IMG/VR virus record: IMGVR_UViG_3300009157_000016
Location: 1 to 64,000 of that record
DNA: 64,000 bases
Direction: 5' to 3' (one strand)
Origin: a virus
Of the stretch, positions 37,201 to 46,056 are shown in pieces. Under the pieces are notes generated by a model. It was given only the letters and a program-made list of their open reading frames with translations. It was not told the origin of the DNA and ran no database searches. A program made the translations under genes and the position numbers. Positions within the stretch are counted from its first letter, which is position 1. Each line of letters begins with the position of its first letter.

Positions 37201-37999
37201 GTTCGCAACGGATGATCAGACAGTGCTCACCCTAGCGCAGGCCCACAGTTTCCAGTTCGGCACGCAACAGTTCGAGTGGGTAAGCATTCCTGCTGCCAAC
37301 TGGCCGTCAGAGGACAACATGGTCATCATCGGAGACGAGGTGATCTTGTTCCGTGACGTGAACGAACTAGGCGACGGGCGGGTTGAGATCAGTCACCTGA
37401 TCCGTGGCTGGCGCGGCACTGAGAACGCCGCCTATGCTCACGTCGGGAAGTTCAATGAGACGTGGATCGTGGTGACGACCAACGGCGTGCGGGACGTGGC
37501 TGAGGACATCAATCTGATCAACACGCAGTTCCAGTTCAAGGCGGCCTCACCGGGTCTCATGATTAGCATCCCGCAAGTCTATCCCAAGGTGCTGACCGGT
37601 GCGTCCTTGAAGCCCTATGCGCCCGGCTATTTCAACCGGCTGGAGGACACGCCGGGGGCGGGTGACATCCGCATCACGTGGCAGCGTCGCACGCGCTACG
37701 GCGGCGGTCTCAAGAACGGGACGGCGGTGGTGCCGCTGAATGAGGAAGCGGAGGTCTATGACGCCTACATCCTTGCCGCACCATTTGACGCGACAACCTT
37801 CGACCCGGCCGACCCTGAAACCTTCGTGCGTGAGTTCCCCGGCCTGACCAGTCCGCAGTTGGACTACCTAGCGGCTGACTTGGCTACGGACGGCTTCACG
37901 CTGGCGAGCCCGCTGCACGTTGTAGTCTTCCAAATCAGTGCTACGGTAGGGCGTGGATTCCCCGGTAGCACTACCCTGTATCATTCCGTCGTGACGTGA
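34268..37999 (+). CDS. central tail tip / host-specificity protein (GTA megatron-like)
   Basis: STYGKGLPIVFGTMR..GNMIWA, ALCEGP, RVWADG, PGYRGCCY, LIRGWRGTE, ITWQRRTR. Confidence 0.9.
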   Translation: MQLAVAFGAQGLLSSAGLLRIGLGVGSAVAMYMLGSRDSESNRLNDLKVSCSTYGKGLPIVFGTMRTTGNMIWATDFEEEKSYFDSKGKDITDKKKAEKKGTEFYEYFANFAMALCEGPVDELLRVWADGNLIYDKYNPDNEDLVGPGFSTDEEDGGKSGKTAGKGKGSEGGDSGRFAFRFYDGSEEQLQDPFMVSKEGVEKVPGYRGCCYIFFEHFALMDFGNRCPTITAEVSVLKKRAVSYVYAKPIMDEDAPQPVDNNLEDAVYVDPNRYRCYVIKDSVEGGRLVQVYDISTLEEVTRARITGEVDSIPQYNGLGQFIGYASLDLEALHIIGVSAEGDLVGVPGGGNSQPIVFLDPNTFTAKFVFGASSADLSNTDLSIQHAEWAVPLMTMSVDPVSGETTPYFVTGIISQFGDLAFFQNVGGVYNYTYQNTAIPGSSHFIFPGLPDVDSSFMYVQTEGKIYRCNTVGAPVEGTMFGQADTSVLIYEPTLLPADISISATTVPSVFVGAECIGFLEQISSNDPARDGLWAVKLDPFDGTELWRGKITDSSGWYYSGRMQQTPIITGNKIMWLGQTVSSTYTVFEVDYRTLEINSFILPEEGSPNDGFAGQFQAYWAPGGYILIGGLIEDGSEFDGEWSIFLAKVDKLSQVAVGVRDICSGLCERVGLPPERFNLSSLTDDEIIGYIIEEPTGARNVIEDLTKIFMFDVVESDYALKFVTRGGPSILTIPQEDLGIIIEDTHEPYKETTVQAIDCPMTVNIGYVNPEEDYKNGMQHYKRPRSPMPVMHSRDVLEISYPMAMTPDFAKQTAQKVCVSIWAERTNYDTLLPWEYLAYDPADVVTFVMDDGFSFVTRLLKMDLGGDFSIESEACGYQPGSYSSDILAVKPGHTFPIPSRPAPVVFPIVLDVPFLSDGDASAGGGGFSYYWGAGAYSPGLKYAALERRVTPGDWELMDATSHEAIYGTVFDTVPPPPNGPFATDDQTVLTLAQAHSFQFGTQQFEWVSIPAANWPSEDNMVIIGDEVILFRDVNELGDGRVEISHLIRGWRGTENAAYAHVGKFNETWIVVTTNGVRDVAEDINLINTQFQFKAASPGLMISIPQVYPKVLTGASLKPYAPGYFNRLEDTPGAGDIRITWQRRTRYGGGLKNGTAVVPLNEEAEVYDAYILAAPFDATTFDPADPETFVREFPGLTSPQLDYLAADLATDGFTLASPLHVVVFQISATVGRGFPGSTTLYHSVVT

Positions 38000-38008
38000 G
38001 GACCTGAC

Positions 38009-38809
38009 ATGGCTGACAGCCCCATCCTTGGTATCCCTGAGGTCCTGCCGAACCAAGCGGCAAAAGAAGTAACGATAAACGATGGCTTTTCCATCTCTGA
38101 GCGCGCGGCCAACGCGACCGGTGTGGTGGATATGACTGCCGGCAACGTGGACCTGACAGCATCTCCCAACGACTTCAAGCATCACATGGTGCTGCGGTGC
38201 GAAGGCCACACTGTTCCGCGCACGCTTACCATTCCAGCACAGGAGCGGTGGTTCGCTGTCCACAACGCTGGAACGGGGGTGGTGACCGTGGACCCCGGCG
38301 CTGGCGCTTCTGTGAACGTAGCTGTTGGTTCTAAGTGCCTCCTTGCTTGCGACGGCGTAGACGTGGAACTGATTGCCGACAGCGCGGCGGTGACAATTCC
38401 CGGATTGGATGGCCTTACCGACGTTACCATCACGACGCCGGTAGCTGGTCAGATTCTGGAATACAATGGTTCTGCGTGGGTGAATGGCAGTCGCTATCCC
38501 GCGCCGGTCAACATCACGGCGACTGGGGAAATCAACGCCGCTTCGCACGCCGGAAAGTTCCTGCACGTCAGCAGTGCGACGGACGTTACTTTGACCATTG
38601 ACGCGGAAGCTGACGGCGCATGGCCGGCTGATACTGAGATGAGCGGTGTCCAGTACAATACTGGAAAGGTTATTTTCGCTGTGCAGACGGGCAGCCTGCG
38701 AGTTCCTACAGGCTGCGAACCGAACACACGCGATCAGTATTCCAGCTTTGCGCTCAAGCGGCTTGCTTCCAATGAATGGCTTCTTACGGGGGATTTGGAA
38801 CTGACATGA
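38009..38809 (+). CDS. tail fibre-associated protein (DUF2793-like N-terminus)
   Basis: SPILGIPEVLPNQAAKEVTIND; GLTDV...GQILEYNGSAWVN. Confidence 0.75.
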   Translation: MADSPILGIPEVLPNQAAKEVTINDGFSISERAANATGVVDMTAGNVDLTASPNDFKHHMVLRCEGHTVPRTLTIPAQERWFAVHNAGTGVVTVDPGAGASVNVAVGSKCLLACDGVDVELIADSAAVTIPGLDGLTDVTITTPVAGQILEYNGSAWVNGSRYPAPVNITATGEINAASHAGKFLHVSSATDVTLTIDAEADGAWPADTEMSGVQYNTGKVIFAVQTGSLRVPTGCEPNTRDQYSSFALKRLASNEWLLTGDLELT

Positions 38810-39582
38810 GCATACATCCCTTTCCTCTGGGAATTGTTTCCAGTCCTCTCATCGGGAGCGCGGGTGGCGGCGGCGGGCCGGCAACGGACCCGTTCTTCGC
38901 CAACGTCCTTGCGTTGCTCAACTTCCAGACGTCGGTTATCACGAATAGCGGACCTTCCGGGTTCACCTTCACGTCCTCCCTTGTCGCACTGACGACAGGA
39001 TCAGGCGGTAAGTTTGGGGAAGGTGTGCATCAGCCTACCGGAGCGGTCGGCAGCCACACCTTCCAGGGTGTGAACACCGACAATTGGGATTTCACCACGG
39101 TAGACTTCACGGTCGAAGCTTGGGTTTATCGTGAGAACGCTGTGACCAAAGCTTTGCTCTCTCATTGGCGCAATGCCAGCTCGCAGCAAGCGTGGTGGAT
39201 GGGCATTGATGGCACTGGCCATCTTCGCGTTGATTTCAACGCGCCGGTCTCGACGCCGCTTAATATCGTGGATACCGGCGTGATGTCGAACTCTGCTTGG
39301 GATCACGTGGTCTTTGAGCGCGCCAGCACTACGTTCCGCCTCTACAGGAACGGGGCTATGGTCGGTACCAAGATCACTGGCAATTCCAGCTCCCTAGCGG
39401 CCGTGACAAACGCCGCTGACGACTTCCTGCGGATCGGCATTCTCGCAGGTGCGGCTCAGAATTTCTTCGACGACGACTTTCCGAACCAACGCATGGACGA
39501 GATTCGCATCACGCGCGGCACGGCGCGCTACGCTAGCGATGCCGGCTATACGGTGCCCAGCGCTCCCTTCCCGACCTCATAG
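38806..39582 (+). CDS. LamG/concanavalin-like receptor-binding protein
   Basis: DPFFANVLALL, DFTVEAWVY, WDHVVFER, LYRNG, MDEIRITRG.ARY. Confidence 0.85.
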   Translation: MSIHPFPLGIVSSPLIGSAGGGGGPATDPFFANVLALLNFQTSVITNSGPSGFTFTSSLVALTTGSGGKFGEGVHQPTGAVGSHTFQGVNTDNWDFTTVDFTVEAWVYRENAVTKALLSHWRNASSQQAWWMGIDGTGHLRVDFNAPVSTPLNIVDTGVMSNSAWDHVVFERASTTFRLYRNGAMVGTKITGNSSSLAAVTNAADDFLRIGILAGAAQNFFDDDFPNQRMDEIRITRGTARYASDAGYTVPSAPFPTS

Positions 39583-39588
39583 GTGACG

Positions 39589-39611
39589 GCATACGGCTTC
39601 ATGCCGTATGC
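39589..39611 (+). terminator. hairpin after the tail module
   Basis: GCATACGGC-TTCAT-GCCGTATGC. Confidence 0.5.
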
Positions 39612-39633
39612 TACTCCGATAGGTTAGAAGGAG

Positions 39634-40281
39634 ATGACGATGCACAGGAACTACATCATCACAATCATCGCCGTGCTGGTCTTGGCGGCAATGCCGGTCG
39701 GCATGGTCAAAATGGGCCGCGCCGTGGCTCAGACAGCCCCGACAGCAGCCGAAGCGCCTAGCGCCGGCCCTGTGCCGCTGGTCGGCCTTGACAGCGCTGC
39801 GACGCCCGCCTCACAGGCCACCGAAGCTGTTCCCGTTGTGAGCGTGCCAAGCGGCGAACCGATGAGCGTCACCGGCGATGCCCTGATTGACAAAATCGTG
39901 GGGTATCTCATCGCGCTCACGTCAGCGCTGGTACCGGTACTCATCACGATGATCACCTTGTCGTTCCAGAAGCGAACGGGCATCAAGGTCGACGAGGACC
40001 TGCGTGCGAGCTTCCAGTCAGCGCTCAATAACGGTGCCGGCCTGCTCATCCAGCGGTTGGGCAAGGAAGCGGCGGCCATGACGAACTTGGACACCGCCAA
40101 TCCGAACGTGAAGGACGCAATTGCGCTCGTGAAAGCGGGTGCCGGCGAGGCTATTGACCACTGGAAGATTCCTCCCAACGAAGTCATCAAGCGGCTGGAA
40201 GCCAAGATTGGTATCCAGACCGGCATGACCGACGACCTCGGCATCCCACTGACTGCAAAGTTCCCTGCGCCGATTGCGTAG
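39634..40281 (+). CDS. membrane protein, holin/spanin-like
   Basis: N-terminal signal/TM, second TM, then GIKVDEDLRASFQSAL. Confidence 0.6.
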   Translation: MTMHRNYIITIIAVLVLAAMPVGMVKMGRAVAQTAPTAAEAPSAGPVPLVGLDSAATPASQATEAVPVVSVPSGEPMSVTGDALIDKIVGYLIALTSALVPVLITMITLSFQKRTGIKVDEDLRASFQSALNNGAGLLIQRLGKEAAAMTNLDTANPNVKDAIALVKAGAGEAIDHWKIPPNEVIKRLEAKIGIQTGMTDDLGIPLTAKFPAPIA

Positions 40282-40294
40282 GTAGGAGTGGTCG

Positions 40295-40768
40295 ATGGCC
40301 GAAGTGGTTTCTGGGACGGGCTTCGACACGTTGATCCTTGAGCTCGTCAAGTACGGCGTTTTCGGTGTTCTATTCGGGTTGTTGATCATCGCCTATCGCG
40401 AAAAGCTTAAGGAGTTGAATACGCTTTGGAAGGAGCGTATTGAGGACAACAAGCAGGTTGCGCAGGTCGCCACCACCACGAACAAAATGTATGAGGAGCT
40501 GGCACGCTCCATGAACTCTCGTGGTCAGACGATGGAACATATGGGTGAGGCCCAATCCATTGCCGCCAAGGCTTTGGAGAAGCAAGCCGAGCTCCTTGAT
40601 CTTATCCGTCGCATTGCAGAAGCTAACGGCAATGAGATGCGACGGATAACTGAGACACAAGAACGCACACGGCGGGATTTGGAAGCACTTACAGTAAGAA
40701 CAGAAGAACTTCTTCGTCAAGTGACTATCTTGCTTGAGAATCCGCCAAAGCGCGTGACTGTTAGATGA
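40295..40768 (+). CDS. TM plus coiled-coil protein (holin-like)
   Basis: Single N-terminal TM followed by coiled coil. Confidence 0.6.
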   Translation: MAEVVSGTGFDTLILELVKYGVFGVLFGLLIIAYREKLKELNTLWKERIEDNKQVAQVATTTNKMYEELARSMNSRGQTMEHMGEAQSIAAKALEKQAELLDLIRRIAEANGNEMRRITETQERTRRDLEALTVRTEELLRQVTILLENPPKRVTVR

Positions 40769-41085
40769 GCTTCGTCCAAAGAATCTTGGACCGTTGGCTA
40801 GGCGAGCCCGGTACCGCCGATCTGCCGGCTGAGGCTGCGGCTTCGTCTGAGGAGGCCAAGCAAAAGGTAAAGGAGCTTCGAGGGAGCACTGCCGGCATAC
40901 TCAAGCAAGTGCGCAGCGAACGCCGTGAGGCGGATAAGGTGCTTGACGTGGTGCATGAAACAACTGACATTCTTAAGGGAGTTGAGGAGCGCGCGGAATC
41001 TCGAGATCAGGAAACAATGACCAAGCTTTTGGAAGACACACTCGACCTTCTGAGAAGGAGGAAAGACAACAATGAGCACCGTTAA
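40765..41085 (+). CDS. hypothetical coiled-coil protein
   Basis: 106 aa; coupled ORF. Confidence 0.65.
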   Translation: MSFVQRILDRWLGEPGTADLPAEAAASSEEAKQKVKELRGSTAGILKQVRSERREADKVLDVVHETTDILKGVEERAESRDQETMTKLLEDTLDLLRRRKDNNEHR

Positions 41086-41563
41086 GAAGCATTGGCGCTG
41101 GATAGCGTTCGTAACGGTCCTCGTGTCGAGCTATCTTGGCTTAGTTGCGCTGCTCGGATTCGAGAACATTGCGATCCCGAATCACTTCGCGCGGGTTGCT
41201 CTTGTTACGGCCGGCTTCATTCTTTTCGTGCGTGAGATTGCTGGAGTGTTCCATGAAATACCCGCTCCTCGTCGAGACTACCTGCTAGCAGGGATCATTT
41301 GCAATTCCGCATCTGGTCTCGGGTTTTCTCTTTGGAACGAAACGAGCCGATTGTTTGATGTCGACTCTAATGTTTTCACCAGTCCGGTTGCTGGTTTTTT
41401 CAGCCTCCTCTTGACGCTTAGCTATGTGTTCTTCATTCTTGCTGTACCGGGTTATGAAGGCGAAGACGGTAATTGGTTTTCACGGCACTGGAAGACAATT
41501 TCCATTGTAATCGGCTGTTTAGTTGGGTTAGCAATCGCTCTTGTCGCACCGATGTTTCGGTAG
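41072..41563 (+). CDS. multi-pass membrane protein
   Basis: About five hydrophobic segments. Confidence 0.7.
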   Translation: MSTVKKHWRWIAFVTVLVSSYLGLVALLGFENIAIPNHFARVALVTAGFILFVREIAGVFHEIPAPRRDYLLAGIICNSASGLGFSLWNETSRLFDVDSNVFTSPVAGFFSLLLTLSYVFFILAVPGYEGEDGNWFSRHWKTISIVIGCLVGLAIALVAPMFR

Positions 41564-41585
41564 GTGAAAAACGAAGGAGACTGAC

Positions 41586-41744
41586 ATGACACTTGGAACG
41601 ATCTTACTTATCATTCTCATCCTGTTGCTGATTGGCGCTATCCCCCGTTGGGGATACAACAGCAGTTGGGGTTACGGTCCCGGTGGCATCGTGGGCGTGC
41701 TCTTGATCATCGTCCTCATTTTGTTCCTCACCGGGCATATCTGA
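41586..41744 (+). CDS. DUF3309-family small membrane protein (52 aa)
   Basis: MTLGTILLIILILLLIGAIPRWGYNSSWGYGPGGIVGVLLIIVLILFLTGHI; AAGGAG RBS; not in ORF track. Confidence 0.85.
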   Translation: MTLGTILLIILILLLIGAIPRWGYNSSWGYGPGGIVGVLLIIVLILFLTGHI

Positions 41745-41803
41745 CCCTCTGGACGTCCTAGGTCTGTGAGGCTAAGCTTGGTTGCTCGTAAGGAGAGTTA
41801 ACC

Positions 41804-42061
41804 ATGCATCGTATTCTTGTCTTGGCGTTCGCCCTGCCGCTTGCTGGCTGCACCACATTCGCCGCAAATCAAGGTCCGGGCTGTGCCGCTGGAACCATTG
41901 TCGGTGCCACTGCCGGCGGTCTTGCGGGGAGTGCCATCGGGGCCGGGTCCGGTCAGCTCGCGGCAATAGGTGCCGGCGTAGCGCTTGGAGGCGCTGCCGG
42001 CTATGCGGTCACACCCGCCTGCCGACGGAACGAAGTGGTGCTCATCGAATCTCTGAAATAG
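41804..42061 (+). CDS. glycine-zipper lipoprotein
   Basis: Lipobox LAGC; GxxxG zipper. Confidence 0.8.
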   Translation: MHRILVLAFALPLAGCTTFAANQGPGCAAGTIVGATAGGLAGSAIGAGSGQLAAIGAGVALGGAAGYAVTPACRRNEVVLIESLK

Positions 42062-42089
42062 CTTTAGCCTCAACTGAGGCAGGAAGGAG

Positions 42090-42323
42090 GTGAAAGGAAT
42101 GATCAACATTGGACAGGCTGTTACGTATGTTGATCCGCGCGGGCAGGATCGCCCGGCGGTCGTCACGAACGTTTTCGGGAAGGACGACACGCCGAGCATC
42201 AACGTCGTTTTCGTGAACGACGATGAAAGCCAGTCGGACAACTACGGAAGGAAGATCGAGCGTGCGACTTCAGTGCCGCACGGCGATCAGCAGAAGGCTC
42301 ACGGGAACTACTGGACCCCGTGA
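42090..42323 (+). CDS. hypothetical protein
   Basis: IGQAVTY...RPAVVTNVFG...INVVF. Confidence 0.7.
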   Translation: MKGMINIGQAVTYVDPRGQDRPAVVTNVFGKDDTPSINVVFVNDDESQSDNYGRKIERATSVPHGDQQKAHGNYWTP

Positions 42324-42832
42324 GCCTAAAGCTGCCAAAGCCCGACCCGCGAGCGACGGTGGAAGCAGCCGATCAGGAGTTTAACATGGTTGAATTAGAT
42401 CTGAAGTCTGAGAAGATCAGTCTGACGGTCTTGATTGGTTTTCTCACCATGTTCGCATCCTTGATATTGGCTTATGCCGATCTAAGGAATGGTCTTGGTG
42501 ACGCAGATGCTTTTATTGAGAACCAACGAAGTGAAAACACGCGAATGTTTCGCAAGATAGATGATCACATTGAGCTATTGACTGCCACTATCGCACGGGT
42601 CGACAGGTTGGAGTTTCAGATCGAGCAGATGCAGCAAAATGCCACGAATACGACTGAGCGCATTGGTGTCGTTACCGAGAGCTTCTCCAATCAGATGAGC
42701 AGCGCGAACACTTTGATCAGTCGCATCAATATCGAGCTGGCTATTGTCAATCAGATGCTTAGGCAGCTAGGATATAGGAACGACGATGATCGAGGACTGA
42801 GTGGTCTGGCTCCGGATGAAGTTGGTCGCTAA
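42320..42832 (+). CDS. TM plus coiled-coil protein
   Basis: One TM and heptad-rich C-terminus. Confidence 0.65.
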   Translation: MSLKLPKPDPRATVEAADQEFNMVELDLKSEKISLTVLIGFLTMFASLILAYADLRNGLGDADAFIENQRSENTRMFRKIDDHIELLTATIARVDRLEFQIEQMQQNATNTTERIGVVTESFSNQMSSANTLISRINIELAIVNQMLRQLGYRNDDDRGLSGLAPDEVGR

Positions 42833-43560
42833 GGAATGACTGTGATGGGGCGGTCCACGCCCTTGCCAGTCAGAAGTTCTTCATCACGCTCTTGCAGCAC
42901 TTTCTGCAAGCGCCGCGTTCCTTCCACAATCAGATCATTCTCAACGAACTCAGAGGCGGTAGGCGCTAGGCCCATCTGCATGAGTTCCTTGGCGCGCTCA
43001 GACGGCTCGTAGATGGGACCCTGTGGCTTCTTGCGCTGATGCTGATACTTCCCGTCGTAGGGCTTGTTGGTAGGATGGTCCAGCCAGTCAAAGATCATCT
43101 GGCAGACCGGATCACCCTTCTTGTAGGTCACGTTGGCGGTTCCAAGGTTGACCAGCTCCAACGTGCCGTTGCCCCAAAAGCCGGGATCAAAGAACGTGTT
43201 GAAGGCGGACACGAAGACCCGCGCGTAGGTGCTTTTGTCGCACACGCCGCCTGACACTTGGTCGGGCATGTAGAAGTCTTCCAGTGTGTAGGCCAGCGCC
43301 GCCATAGGCGGGTTGTTGCTCAGCTTGTCCTTGAGCAGCTCCACGTTTGCGAAGCCGTGCTCCAGGATGTGGTCGGAGATGATATGGGCGGGATTGATCC
43401 CAAGGATCAGATCGTGGTCAATGTGGCAGTCGTAGGAAGCCGAGCTGAGCCCGCCTGACTTGCCGTTGATCACGACCTTCTCTCGCCGGAACGGAGAGAT
43501 CATCGGCTGGTTTGTGTCTGCGCACAACGCTAGAATGCTTTGATGGGACAGCCGAGCCAT
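42829..43560 (-). CDS. dcd: dCTP deaminase
   Basis: SGGLSSASYD, DKSTYAR, FDPGFWGNGTLELVN, VCQMIF, YDGKYQHQ. Confidence 0.9.
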   Translation of the reverse strand: MARLSHQSILALCADTNQPMISPFRREKVVINGKSGGLSSASYDCHIDHDLILGINPAHIISDHILEHGFANVELLKDKLSNNPPMAALAYTLEDFYMPDQVSGGVCDKSTYARVFVSAFNTFFDPGFWGNGTLELVNLGTANVTYKKGDPVCQMIFDWLDHPTNKPYDGKYQHQRKKPQGPIYEPSERAKELMQMGLAPTASEFVENDLIVEGTRRLQKVLQERDEELLTGKGVDRPITVIP

Positions 43561-43877
43561 TACCTTCTCCTCTTGCTCCGGTAGACCTTCTCCGGGCTTG
43601 CTAGGACCCGCGTGCAAAGCTTGTGATGCTTCTCGCACCAACTCTTACCCGGCAAAACGGGGTCTCCGCAATAGCGTGCTTTGGGGTCCCGCAGTTCACC
43701 GTAGATGTACTTGCATTCGTCAAAGTTGGGTATGTTGCCTAGACGGAACTTGGCAAGCTTCTTCGCTTTGCGTTCTTTGTAAGCTTCCAAGTTGAAATCA
43801 GGCGGCAGGCGTTCCCGGTGCTTAGGCGGCCATAGCCGCGCAATGTCCTCCTCAGTGAGGCGAACCCGGTGTTTCAC
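43560..43877 (-). CDS. GcrA-like regulator (C-terminal Cys/His domain)
   Basis: ECKYIYGE..D..ARYCG.PV.PGKSWCEKH matches the GcrA C-terminal pattern. Confidence 0.7.
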   Translation of the reverse strand: MKHRVRLTEEDIARLWPPKHRERLPPDFNLEAYKERKAKKLAKFRLGNIPNFDECKYIYGELRDPKARYCGDPVLPGKSWCEKHHKLCTRVLASPEKVYRSKRRR

Positions 43878-45730
43878 GCAAGAATCTCCTCGTACTCAAG
43901 CGAGGAGCTTTCCTCCGCCATGACGGCCGTGAGCACGCCGGCAAATTCACCGCTGTCGAAGGCATGGTGATCTACCAGCCATACCTTCTTGTTCTCCCGG
44001 TCAGCCCGTTCGCGTAGGTTGTCAATGAGGTCGGCCATCCCCTCAGCGCTCAGGTGCTCAGAAGGCTCGTCATGCATCTCAATGCCGCTTGTGAGCCCCA
44101 CGCGCTCAAGGATCATATTCGACACGGCCAAGTCGCCGGCCAGCCTGATCCGCTGGATCTCGCCGCCGCTAAAGGCTTCGTATGGTACCGGCTCAGTGTG
44201 GCGCGGTGAGTAGATGAGAACGGTGAAACCCTTCGTGATCCCGCCTGACTTGTTCTCACGTTCAATGTCAAGCTGGATCTCCCAGCCAATGAGGCCGAGC
44301 TGCGTCAGGTTGTTGTTCGTCTCAATCTCAAGCTGCTTGAGAGTGCGCTCAATAACGAACAGGCGAATGCGCTTGAAGCCGGCGACCCAATAGAACACCG
44401 CATCATAGTGTTCCTTGAGCCGGGCAATCTCATCCTGCGACTCCTCAATGTCCTTCTCATAAGCATTGATGTCGTCACGGCGCTTATCCAGCAGCGCCTC
44501 AAAGGGGTCCTGCGCCGCCTGTAGCGTGTCGTAGTCCAGTTGCGCCTTCTTCAAGTCGCGCTCAGCTTGCGTCAGGGCGTTGTCGCAGTCCACGCGGGCA
44601 TGGTGCGTCCCGGTGACCTTGTCGCTCGCCAATCTCAGGAGGCCGTCCGACTCTTCCATCTGACGCTTCAACTTCTTGCGGCGGCCCTTGGCGCGCTCAA
44701 GCCGCTCATAGATGTCGTCAGCCTCCTGCTCATCCTTCTCGCGCAACGCTTCTATCTTGTCACCCTGCTTCTTAAGGTGATCACCGTCCACGACCTGTAG
44801 GCACGTGGGGCAGATCTTGCCGCGCAGACTGTCGAAGTGCTTGTGGTCGTCTTGCAGCGCCGCCAGCTTGGCGGTCACGCGGTCGTAGTCGCCCTGCAAG
44901 GAAGCTGCGTCCCGGCGTTCGTCGAAGTAGGTCAGCTCCAATCCCTGCCGCCCCTGTTTCAAGCTGTCCAGCGAACGCGCGGCGGCCTGCTCAGCTTTGC
45001 GCAGCGCCGGCAGCGCATCCTTAAGGTCGGTCACGCGCTCATCGTGTTTGCTGATCTGCTTCTTTAGGGCTTTCAGGCTGACCTTCCTGTCGTCTACGAA
45101 CTGGTCCGACTTGCGCCTCAGCTCTTTCAAGCCGGCAATGGCTTCCTCACGCCGCCCCTCAGCGCGGTTCAGTTCTGCTTCCTCCTTGCGCATGTCAGTT
45201 GAGATGCGCTCAGCTTTGGACGAAGCGCGCTTGCTGCGCTCAAGCCAGAAGTCAAGCTGCATGATGGACGCGAACAGTGACAGCTTGGCGGCCGGCAGCA
45301 AGTCAAAGAACGACGTGCCAAACTGCGGGATGAAGATGGCGTACTTGAACGCCTCATCGTTCATGCGCAGGAGCTTGTCAACTTGATCCTGCGTTGCCTT
45401 CTGTCCGTCAATGGTCAGGAAGTTCGGGTTTTGCCCGCGCGCTATGGTGAAGGTGCCGAGTCCAACGGTTACGTCGACTTCCACCTTGCACGACTGCGTG
45501 CCCCAATGGACGACGTTCGCCGCTTTGATCCCCCGCGTGCTAGTGCCGTAGAAGCACCAATATATGGCGTCCACAAGAGACGTCTTGCCGCAGGCGTTCG
45601 CCCCAAGGCCGGGGCTGTCCTCGTTGCGGCCGGTGAGATAGTAGAGGCCAATGCCTTCCGGGAACCAGAACTCGTGTTCGCCGTAGTAGGACTTGAACCA
45701 CCACATGCAGATGCGCAGGATGTCGAACAT
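43874..45730 (-). CDS. SbcC/Rad50-like ATPase
   Basis: GANACGKTS Walker A, CPTC hook, FSGGE signature, HDEP. Confidence 0.92.
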   Translation of the reverse strand: MFDILRICMWWFKSYYGEHEFWFPEGIGLYYLTGRNEDSPGLGANACGKTSLVDAIYWCFYGTSTRGIKAANVVHWGTQSCKVEVDVTVGLGTFTIARGQNPNFLTIDGQKATQDQVDKLLRMNDEAFKYAIFIPQFGTSFFDLLPAAKLSLFASIMQLDFWLERSKRASSKAERISTDMRKEEAELNRAEGRREEAIAGLKELRRKSDQFVDDRKVSLKALKKQISKHDERVTDLKDALPALRKAEQAAARSLDSLKQGRQGLELTYFDERRDAASLQGDYDRVTAKLAALQDDHKHFDSLRGKICPTCLQVVDGDHLKKQGDKIEALREKDEQEADDIYERLERAKGRRKKLKRQMEESDGLLRLASDKVTGTHHARVDCDNALTQAERDLKKAQLDYDTLQAAQDPFEALLDKRRDDINAYEKDIEESQDEIARLKEHYDAVFYWVAGFKRIRLFVIERTLKQLEIETNNNLTQLGLIGWEIQLDIERENKSGGITKGFTVLIYSPRHTEPVPYEAFSGGEIQRIRLAGDLAVSNMILERVGLTSGIEMHDEPSEHLSAEGMADLIDNLRERADRENKKVWLVDHHAFDSGEFAGVLTAVMAEESSSLEYEEILA

Positions 45731-46056
45731 TAGCCGAAGGGCTCCGGATCGTGGTCGCCGTCACGCCATTGCTGGAAGGCTGCCTTGTCGCGCTCGTTGA
45801 GCTTCCCGTGGCCCATCATGCCCACGCTGTCGGTGATCTCGAAGCGGCCGTCAAGGAGCTGACGGATAGCGCGGGTGAACGGTACCGGCGACTCGCTGGA
45901 TGTGTAGAAGCCATCCCATTCGTCCGTCTTGGCGTTCCACACGTAGTCGCTCAGCACGTAGTAGGTGTCACGTTCCTTGTGGTGGAGGACGTGGTAAAGC
46001 AAACTCATGTCCGGCACGTCACCGTTCTTGTCCGGCGTGTCGTAGTTGATCGGCAT
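45730..46056 (-). CDS. hypothetical protein (DUF1653-like)
   Basis: HHKERDTYYV...PFTRAIRQLLDGRFE. Confidence 0.6.
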   Translation of the reverse strand: MPINYDTPDKNGDVPDMSLLYHVLHHKERDTYYVLSDYVWNAKTDEWDGFYTSSESPVPFTRAIRQLLDGRFEITDSVGMMGHGKLNERDKAAFQQWRDGDHDPEPFG

